This document shows positions 40,216-49,949 of a stretch of DNA of 64,000 nt, in pieces. Positions within the stretch are counted from its first letter, which is position 1. Each line of letters opens with the position of its first letter. Source of the DNA: the human T2T-CHM13v2.0 reference genome, Homo sapiens; the NCBI RefSeq assembly GCF_009914755.1, contig NC_060946.1; one strand, given 5' to 3'. The notes under the pieces were generated by a model. The model saw only the letters and a program-made list of their open reading frames with translations, made no database searches and had not been told where the DNA came from. Both the position numbers and the translations under genes were made by a program.

Positions 40216-43200
40216 TTAGTCCCACAGGTCAAGCCAGAGTCCCCTGCAGATGCCTGTTCCTTCACACTCCGCGCCTTCCACTCCCTTCCAGTGGTTGCAC
40301 TCTCAGGCCTGTGGACGCACCTCGGCCAGAGCAAACCTGTAGCCTCTTCCCCAGCACGAAAGGCAGAAGGTGAAAATCACCAGGTCCCTGTACCATCAGG
40401 AAGGACCTGAACAGCCTCTGTCACCGTGTATAACAAGTCTCACTGACTCCTTCTCCGGAGCAGGGCTCCCGGGTCTGAGGCAAGGCTTCAGGATGCTTTC
40501 CCGGCTCAGCCGTGGCCCTCCATTACCTGCCCTGCCCGGCTTCTGCCCCACAGGGCTGCCTGGGGTCCTGGCCACTTTGGGTGAGGAGAGGATGGCTCCA
40601 GCCTCCTGACCTTGGAGGCTCCACAGACAGAAGACGCCGCCCCGGGACATGAGGGCCCTGCCTGGCTTTGACCCTCCTCTGATAACAGGGGACAGCCGAT
40701 GCCCTGCTGGGCCCACGGGGAACAGAAGCCAGTCTGGGCTGGGCCATCCCCTGCAAGTGGTCCACTCCCCCCACCGGCTGATGGTGGAGTCTAGGCTGGC
40801 CTGGTGACATGTGGGCCTCCAGAGGTGACAGAAGGGATATTCAAACTTCCAAGGCCCCAGAGGCCTCCACCCCTGCCCAAGCACAGTTCAAACCTTCAAG
40901 CTCTTGGGGGTACTTCTGTGATGGCTGGGTTGGGGCTGGTGCTTCATCTTCTCTTCCAGTCAGTGGAGTGAAACAGCAGGTCCATCTTGCATGTCTGTGT
41001 CTGCAGACGGATGGTCCAGGGCCATCCCTACACCCTCCTGTGCTGGGCCCGCAGGGAAGCCAGTTCTACCAGCAGTCTGCAGGTAACAGGGTCCCAGGCC
41101 AGGCGCTCCCCTTGACCCCCTGTGGGTTTGTTCCTGCCACCCGCTCTGCCCCTCCCTGGGTGCCCCCCACCCCCAGATCTCCTGCAAGATGGACGTCAGG
41201 GTCCTGGGAGAAAACAGTTCTGTGCTGGGGCCGCTTTGACTCCCAAGGACCCCGTGTCCAGAAGAACGGCAGCTTGTAACCCCATCCCTGTAATGAGAAT
41301 GAAAATGAATTCAATTTGTATCATTTCCTATAATGCACCGTCCTCGGCCTGAGATGGAAATTGTGAGATGTTATTTTCTACTGGAGGCGCGTGGTTTTTT
41401 ACAGGCAGTGTTAGAATTTTAATCCTTCATGTTCTGAAAAGCATTAGAATCAGTTAGCCTTCCACAGTGCACCGTCTCCACTCGCGATGAAGCCTGTTCC
41501 TTCTGAGGGGCTCCCTTTGGAGGACAGCAAAGGGCCCCACAGTGGAAGGGGTCTTGGCTCTCAGAGCAGCACCAGGTGGCCCAGACAGGACCCAGACATC
41601 GTCAACGCCTGCACCTCCAGGGGCCAGGCGCCATGTGTGAATGGCCAAGCTCTCAGAAACAGGGATCATCGGATGAGAGTCCCCCCGGGTGCCTAGGGAG
41701 CTTCCGGGGTCTCTCCTACTCTGGTAGGCTCTGGGTACAGGGTCCACGATGGCACACAGCTCCAGAGGCTGCACAGCCCTGTGCTGCCCCGAAGCTGGGC
41801 TCCTCTGGTTGGGGCTCCCCTGGTTGGGGCTCCCCTGATCTGGGACATGAATTTCTCTCCCAAGTCCTTGCCACTGCCTGGGGACATCCACCCTCCACCT
41901 GTGCGGAATCATCAACACACCCATGCACAGCCTGGCCGCCTTCTCGTCCTGTGGCCCCGCCTACAGCCACCTTGTGAAAGGGGCCCTCAGTGTTGAGCGT
42001 GCCCAGAGTGGCTTTCCGGGGATGGACCTCACCTCATTGCCTCCCGAAGGAACCCTGTAGCAGCAGCTGGACCACCCTCCGTGCTTGACAAACAAGGAAC
42101 CTGGGGCTTAGAGAAGCTGGATGACCTGCCCAGGGCCACTGACATCCTGGGTGGGCACCTGCTCCCGGCCACTGTCTGTGGGCTCCTGGGTTATGGGGGG
42201 CACCAGTGCTGGAGTTTTACTTTCTGGGAAACGTTCCCATCTTGATACATGGAGATGGTGCAGTGTGGCACTGGGGGACATAGACAGTGACTCTGCACTG
42301 GAAGCTTGAATCTTGTCCCCTGTTCCATGCTTGTGTCTCTGTGGGTGAGTGGCTTTATCTTCCCGTGCCTCTGTTTCCCTAACTGTAAAAGAAAAATAAT
42401 TTCCTCCCTACCCTACAGGGTCATCAGGGTGTCCAGCATTAAATCACCCAGTGGTAGCTCCCGGCATGAGTGAGTGGTGTGTGACGAGGCTGTGGCTGCA
42501 GCCTTGAACCTCAGGATAACCCTGTACTCCTCGTATGCTAAGGGGAAACTGAGGTACATGCCCACTTGCTCACGGTCACGGGGCAGAGGCCGACGAACCC
42601 ATGGCACCTCTCAGGCCCTGGATCTGCGCTGGCTCCCGTCCACTGCCTTGCTGTGGGCATGAGGAATGGAAACGCTTCCAGAGCAGGGCCTGCCTCTCGG
42701 GGTCTCCTCCCGGCCAGGTGCCCTGCCCAGGAGTGGCGGCTCCATCCGTCCAGTGTCTTCCACCTGGACATGCACCCCGTCCTGGCCACCTGAGCGATTG
42801 TTATTCTGCACACGGAACACCCAGAGGCCTTCTCGAGTGGAGCCGTATTAATAAGTGTGCACAAGGGCCTACCGGGTATGGAAATTCACAGTGAAGTTAA
42901 TGATGTCATTAATATTGTGCCCAGCTCCGCAGAGGCCTAAGTGGACCACCCGTTCCTCGGTGGCCATTTTTCAAGCTGCAATCTCGTGCTGTTCCTGGAA
43001 GAGCCGAGTGCCCGGCCACTAACTAGTCCTCCACAGATGACCTTTACGCCGATAATGCTCTCCTTTCCCGATGAACTTGCCTCTGCTTCCCCGAAAAGTG
43101 CTCCTCCAGGCTGGCACGAAGCAAGCGTCCAGTTAATAAAGTGCGTCGTAGGGAGACGCGTTCCTCCACCAGTTCTCTCTGCTGGCCCCGCCGAGCCCTC

Positions 43201-43789
43201 TCTGTGCTATCGAGAGAACCACCCGGCTGCTGCCCACACCGGGGAGGGCACTGGCCCCAGACCAGAGGGGCGTCACCTGCCCTGGAGGACAGCACACTTG
43301 CCACCTGTTTTCCTAATTCAGTGGCATAAGTCAAATACTTGCTACCATACAAGCTGAAGGTGTCTGCTGTGGCGAACCCACATCACACAAGGTGTGACCT
43401 GAGGCAAACCAGTGGGGATGTTTACTCTTCTGGGTGAAACTGGGCCTGTATTCGAGGCCACCTTCCACTAAGTAGCAGCTGTGGGACCTTGGAGGAGGCA
43501 CTGCTTTTCCTGATGCAGTTTCTGTCAATGTCTGTGGGGATATTGATACCCACGCCACAGGCCACACAGACCCCATGGGCACCCATGCTACACACCAGGT
43601 AGACACAGTGGGGTGGTTGTCTCTACTCACAGGCTCCATTTTAAAAACCAAAAGCAGAACTAACAAACAGAAAAACCCACACAGCCTCCGTGAATTATTT
43701 AGTAATGATTAACTTCAATTTTTGTCTACTGAGGAGATGTACCTAGCTCCGAGCCGCACCCTCTGCAGAGTCCGACAAACCTGGTGCAG

Positions 43790-44208
43790 CAGCGCTGAGC
43801 TGATGGAATTCCCCCAAAACACCCAGCCCTGAGCCGATAGAATCCCCCCAAAACACCCAGCCCTGAGCTGATAGAATCCCCCCAAAACACCCAGCTCCGA
43901 GCCGACAGAATCCCCCCAAAACACCCAGCCCTGAGCCGATAGAATCCCCCCAAAACACCCAGCCCTGAGCTGATAGAATCCCCCCAAAACACCCAGCTCT
44001 GAGCCGACAGAATCCCCCCAAAACACCCAGCCCTGAGCTGACGGAATTCCATGCAAACCACCCAGCGCTGGAGCTGATAGAATCCCCCCAAAACACCCAG
44101 CCCTGAGCTGATAGAATCCCCCCAAAACACCCAGCCCTGAGCTGATAGAATCCCCCCAAAACACCCAGCCCTGAGCAATAGAATCCCATGCAAACCGCCC
44201 AGCGCTGG
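43790..44208. repeat. 34-bp minisatellite, about 12 copies (GATAGAATCCCCCCAAAACACCCAGCCCTGAGCT)
   Basis: Period 34 (43802, 43836, 43870 ...); two CCATGCAAACC variant units. Confidence 0.96.
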
Positions 44209-44458
44209 TGCCTGTGCCCTCTGCTCGTGGCCAAAGCTTCGGTTTCCAGGTGCTCTTGTAGGTTGTGGGAGGAGACTGTGGAGACCCACGGCCTACTTTC
44301 CTGGGCTCCCCAGGATCCCCAATCTCCAGATAAAAAACCACTGATCCAGGTCTCCTTTCCCTCAGGAAGAAGGAGGACCCAGAGGACATTCCTCACCCAT
44401 TATCCCAGGTGGGGATTCCGTCTGGTAGCCTTGGTGGGCACTGCCCCGGTGCCTTGGG

Positions 44459-45177
44459 TTGGGGGTGATACGGCTCAGGGCTGCAGGCCAGGCCCTGGAA
44501 GCAGGGAGGAGGCTTGGTGGGAGCGTTTAGGAGCGCTGTTATCTCACGTGCTCGGCAGACCTTTGGAGGATGAGAGGCTGTCCCACCATTGGGGGGAAGG
44601 CACTTCGTGGGTGGTCCTTTTCAGTGCGTGGCTCTCCGTGTGGCACCACTCTGCAGACCCTCCAGAAAGCACCTGCCCAGCGGGAGGCTCCGCAGAAGGT
44701 GCCTCTGCTGTGAGGAGGCCAGAAACTCCCAGCACCGCGGTAGGGACGTCGTTGAATTGAACCTTTCTAGATGAGGCTGGTCCCTCAGCAAAAAGATCCC
44801 ATTTCAGCACAATAGGTTTCCTTTTCCCATTTGGAAGCCTGAGATCAGAGGACTTGTGACAGAATAATTCCTGTGATGGAAAGTAGCATCTTCCTGACAG
44901 TGGGTCTGCCGGCACGGACGGGGCCCCCAGGACCGGGACTTCTGAAAAGTGAAGGCGGCCGGACAATACGGGCAGTGGCCACAGTGCACGGACACTGTGC
45001 TGCGTGCTTTCAAGACGCTGTGAAGGCCAGTGCGAGAGAGGCCTTGAGCCACGGTGCCGGCGATGGGCGTGGACCCAGGGTGCACCCAGGCAGCAGGCCT
45101 GACCCGCAGCTCCGTGTCACACCTGGAAACGCCGTGAAGGGGCCAGAGGAGCCTGCCCGTGGCCCAAGCCCATGTGG
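44459..45177 (+). repeat. Left arm of a 719-bp inverted repeat
   Basis: Reverse complement of 45509-46227; coordinate sums equal 90686 at both ends, so there is no net indel; mirrored ORFs appear in the track. Confidence 0.98.
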
Positions 45178-45508
45178 ATGGAGTGCAGAATACACGGGAG
45201 GAAGAGGCCCAGCTCCTGTTTGGGCTTGGTGGGCGGAGGTGCCCTGGGACTGCCAGGAGGAGGTCTCAGGGCTGGTTGGGGAACGTTGCTGGGGAGTGGC
45301 AGGCTGTGTGGACAGGAACATTGCTGGGGAGTGGCAGGGGAGCCTTTTGACTGATCCCACTGATGGGCCATGAGGAGCAGGACCTGTGTCACTTTCTGGC
45401 TGGAGTATACAAGGCAAGAGCGGATTTTGTGTGTCCTGCTGTGGAGAGCTGGGGTGAATGCCAGGGTCTCGGGAGGGGAGGCGGTGGAAATGGAGGGAAA
45501 CTGAGAGC

Positions 45509-46227
45509 CCACAAGGGCTTGGGCCACAGACAGCCTCCTCTGGCCCCTTCACGGCGTTTCCAGGTGTGACACGGAGCTGCGGGTCAGGCCTGCTGCCTGG
45601 GTGCACCCTGGGTCCATGCCCATCGCTGGCACCGTGGCTCAGGGCCTCTCTCGCACTGCACTTCACTGCGTCTTGAAAGCACGCAGCACAGTGTCCGTGC
45701 ACTGTGGCCACTGCCCGTATTGTCCGGCCGCCTTCACTTTTCAGAAGTCCCGGTCCTGGGGGCCCCGTCCGTGCCGGCAGACCCACTGTCAGGAAGATGC
45801 TACTTTCCATCACAGGAATTATTCTGTCACAAGTCCTCTGATCTCAGGCTTCCAAATGGGAAAAGGAAACCTATTGTGCTGAAATGGGACCTTTTTGCTG
45901 AGGGACCAGCCTCATCTAGAAAGGTTCAATTCAACGACGTCCCTACCGCGGTGCTGGGAGTTTCTGGCCTCCTCACAGCAGAGGCACCTTCTGCGGAGCC
46001 TCCCGCTGGGCAGGTGCTTTCTGGAGGGTCTGCAGAGTGGCGCCACACGGAGAGCCACGCACTGAAAAGGACCACCCACGAAGTGCCTTCCCCCCAACGA
46101 TGGGACAGCCTCTCATCCTCCAAAAGTCTGCCGAGCACGTGAGATAACAGCGCTCCTAAACGCTCCCACCAAGCCTCCTCCCTGCTTCCGGGGCCTGGCC
46201 TGCAGCCCTGAGCCGTGTCACCCCCAA
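45509..46227 (-). repeat. Right arm of a 719-bp inverted repeat
   Basis: About 17 substitutions against the left arm by manual count. Confidence 0.98.
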
Positions 46228-46963
46228 ATTTCTGTGGTGCTGAAATCCTAACCTCCAGTGTAAACGGGATTAGCGCCCTCAGCAAAGGGACTCCAGAAAG
46301 AACTCTTGCTCATTTTCACAATGCAACAACCAAAGGTGAAATCAGCTGTGTGCAACCAAAAGAGGACTTTCACCTGAACCCACGCGCTGGCTTTGATGGC
46401 TGAAAATCATCTGCGTGCAACCAAAAGAGGACTTTCACCTGAACCCACGTGCTGGTTGTGATGATCACTTTTGTGTGTCAACCTGGCTTAGCCACGGGGT
46501 GCCCAGACAGCTGGTAAGACATTATTTCTGGGTGTATCTGTGAGGCTGTTTCTGGAAACGATTAGCAGTTGAATCCATAGACTGGGTGAAGACCCACCTT
46601 CCCCCGTGTAGGCAGGTACCCTCCAAGGCTCTGAGGGCCCCAGTAGAACACAAAGGTAGAGGCAGGGAGAATCCTCCTCTCTGTCTTCTGCTCAGCATTG
46701 GCGCTCCTGGCCCACGCCTTTTCTGATTCTCCAACTTGCAGAGGTCAGACTCTGCATAATTGTGTGAGCCAATTCCTTATGATAAATCTCCTTCTATACA
46801 TCTCTATACACGCCCCACTGGCCCTGGTTCTCTGAAGAACTGTGATACGCTGGCACCCTGATCTTGGACTTCTGAGGCTCCAGAACGGTAAGAAATAAAT
46901 GTTTATCACTTAAGTTCCCCAGCCCGGGATATGTTGTTATAATCGCCCGAACCGACTGAGACA
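46201..46963 (+). mobile_element. MLT1A-like MaLR LTR split by an MLT2 insertion
   Basis: gtgtcacccccaaattt ... gaaatcctaacc ... gggattagcgccct ... // gctggcaccctgatcttggacttc ... ccagaacggtaagaaataaat ... gactgagaca. Confidence 0.75.
46457..46848 (+). mobile_element. MLT2 (ERVL) LTR
   Basis: tgtgatgatcacttttgtgtgtcaacctggct ... acattatttctgggtgtatctgtgagg ... gtgagccaattcctta ... ctggttctctgaagaac; GCTGG on both flanks. Confidence 0.8.
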
Positions 46964-46964
46964 G

Positions 46965-47168
46965 GCATGAATCCCACGCGTGGGGGACCCACCCTCACGA
47001 CCTGTCACCTCCCAAAGGCCCAGCTCCCTATACCATGTCCTCGGTGGGTAGGGTTTCAACATTTAAATGTGGGGGACACTCAGTCCATAACAGACCCAGC
47101 TCCCTATTCCATGCCTTGGTGGATAGGGTTTCAACATGTGAATTTGGGGGACGCACTCCGTCCATAAT
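46965..47168 (-). mobile_element. MLT1/MST LTR 5' fragment with a tandemly duplicated end
   Basis: cacctcccaaaggccc ... tagggtttcaacat ... gggggac ... gtccata occurs twice. Confidence 0.7.
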
Positions 47169-47830
47169 AGAAGCAGAGAGGTAGCCTCCTCAGGCTTCGA
47201 CACCCATCCCCTGGGTACAACCGAGGGACCCTGGGGGAAGACGTTACCTTGTGTTTGTTGTTTTAAATACATTTTGCTTTTGTAATATAAAGTGAGTATA
47301 GAAAATACTATATATATTTAAGTCTATGGAACAGTTTATGAATACATTGTACTGCTAGAAATGCAGGTCACATTCCGTTACTAATAAACAAGATGATTCT
47401 GCTGACCTCCTGCCGTTAGTCGTGGGAGGCCAAGGCCGCATCCATCCCTGCAGGTCATGAAGCCTTCCACTGCATTTTCGCCGTTCTCTGATCTGGGGTT
47501 TTTCAGCCTATAGAACTGCCTCTCCCAGACAAGAGTGAAGATGGCGAAGGGGTGTTTTAGTTTGTTTTTCTCTCTCTGCGCTCTGTTGCCTCACTCCCAT
47601 CATGATGGAAAACTCGTAAGTGAATCATAAGTGAATACCACCCACCCTGTGAGACAAAGCCCCTCCCGTGGCCCCGCACACCCCCTTTAGCTCCAGGTTC
47701 TCTGTCCCCACTCACAGCGGCGCTCCAAGCCCCACTGTCTTCACTGTCTTTGCTTTCTTTCCTTACATTCCGTGTTTTAAATAAACTTTTGATTTGGGAC
47801 AATTTAGTGGGAAAAGCTGCACACAGAGTC

Positions 47831-48084
47831 CCCGCATCCTCCTCACCCTCTCAGTTCCTCTGATGTGGGCACCTCCCATGGTGTGGCACGTGAGACCTGC
47901 ACCCCTCTCACCCTCTCCGTTCCCCTGATGTGGGCACCTCCCATGGCATGGCACATGAGACCCGCATCCCTCTCACCCTCTCGGTTCCCCTGATGTGGGC
48001 ATCTCCCATGGTGTGGCACATGAGACCTGCATCCCTCCCACTTTCTCGGTTCCCCTGATGTGGGCACCTCCCATGGCGTGGCAC
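47831..48084. repeat. 65-bp minisatellite x4, apparently derived from an old L1 3' end
   Basis: Units at 47831, 47896, 47961 and 48026; preceded by an L1M 3'-end-like tttaaataaacttttgatttggg. Confidence 0.93.
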
Positions 48085-49949
48085 CTGGTGGGGCACAGGA
48101 GAAGCCCACCCTGGTGCATGCCCGCCGTGCACTCGCTCCAGCTGGGTCTGGCCAGGGTATCTGGCCGGTAGCCAAGAGAGGTGGGTGATGAGGGTGAATC
48201 CAGGCAGTGCCAGGCCCTGTCTAAGCAGCCCCACTCTGCCCCTTGAGTAGGTGGTCCTGGCCAGGAGACACTGCAGGGTGGACACTGTCCCCACCCCGTT
48301 CAGGTGTCCCTCCCACTCCTGGTCCCAGTCATCCACACAAACCTGATGCTGACTTGTGTCCCCTCCCTCGGGGGCCCCCAAGGATGAGTGTCCCATGGTG
48401 TCCACGCCTGTGAGGACCACAGCCAGGCATCCTGACGTGAGCCTGGGAGAAGCATCACTCTTATTTCTTTTGGATGACAAAAGGCGTTGCTTGCACCTTT
48501 TCCCCCGCAGTGGTCTGTCCTCAAACAGTGGTCTCCTGGCCAGCCTGCTCCTGGCCTCCTGGGCGGGTCTGCAACAGGCAGGACCACACGCTGGTGGGCT
48601 CCTGTGGCTGGAACCAGCCTCCTCTCTCCGAGGCAGCCACTGGTGGATGCGCAGGGTCCTGGGCCCAGTATCTCTTTCCCATCACCCCATTAAGGTGTTC
48701 TAAAGACAATCATGCCTCCTCTGCTGACCCTGAGGCCCTGCAGAATAAGCAAAGAGCCGCCCCCAGAGCTGCTGCCCATCCCTGAGACTGGCAATTTCCA
48801 TGGGTGAGGGGGAAGCTGATGGGGACAATGATGTCAAAGAAAATAGAAAATAGCATTTCTGGGGAGTCATCCACCTGCAGGGGAAGGGCCCACGCTTCTC
48901 CCATCCCTTGTCACTTGCCTGACGTGCCCTCCCAACTCCAGTTGACTTCTGGCTGATAGGAATATATTGCCATTAAAAGTAACGGCACAACCCAGCAAAG
49001 CTAGGGTGGTCCTGCCGGCTCCTCCGATTAGCAGGAAATAAGGTTGGGAGAAGGACACAAGTTCATATGGAAATGAAATCAAACCCAGCACCACGTGGCG
49101 GCAGAGGGATCTCTTTCTTAACCCCGTCCCCGGCGCTGTTTCAATATTACATTTTTTCCTTGGGTTCTGGAAAATGAAACACCTTCTGCCCATTATGCTC
49201 TGAAATCGAGCACATTTGGGGACAGCAGGCTGCGGGGATGAGAGCAGGCATGGCAGCTGTGCGGTGTTGCTTCCCCCAGCCTTCCCCGCAAGGCCAGTGC
49301 CCCTAATTTTCAGTGCAGGAGGAAGCAGAGCCTATCTTCACATTTACCTTCCCTCTGAAAGTGCGTTTGTGTCAGTGCCCTGATTACAGGGCCTCTGATG
49401 TGTGAGGACACTGGGTTCGGAGGTGTCCCTGGGCCTGGGGGGACATGAGCGCATAAAGCCGTCGGTGGGATGCTGACTGTGTGGGAGGTGCTCGCATGAA
49501 CATAGATTATCTCTAAACCTCACAGGAGGCTTAGACATCATCTATGCTTCCAGAAGCTCCAGTTGACAGAGGCCGGAGTGTGGGAGTTCGCAACATGCAT
49601 AATCACATCAGCCAGTTCTCAGGATAAATACTCTGTTTTCTCTGTGTCTGTTTATCTCTTTATCTACCTCCCCATACCTCTATCTCTATGTCGCTGTCTC
49701 TTTCTATCCTTATTCCTGTCCTTTTCTCTAGCTCCATCATTGTCTCCCTCCCATTCCTATCCTTACCTCCATCTCTATCCCTAACCCTATTCCTAGTGCT
49801 ATCCCTGTCTGTCTAATGCCCACTTCCCTGGCCTGGGTGATGGCGCAGGTGGTATCCACCGTGGTGACAGCAGCTACACCTAAGCCAAGAGGTGTAGGCA
49901 GAGTCACTGCCCTGTTTTTAAGGGTTGGTAGGAATCGAGTTTTAGCATT

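Noticed and set aside
43715-44396. Repetitive Gly/Trp-rich ORFs
   Set aside because: Translations of the 34-bp VNTR in three frames.
44544-46142. Paired near-identical 140-aa, 93-aa and 61-aa ORFs suggesting duplicated genes
   Set aside because: A by-product of the inverted repeat; no recognisable domain, and overlapping ORFs on both strands.
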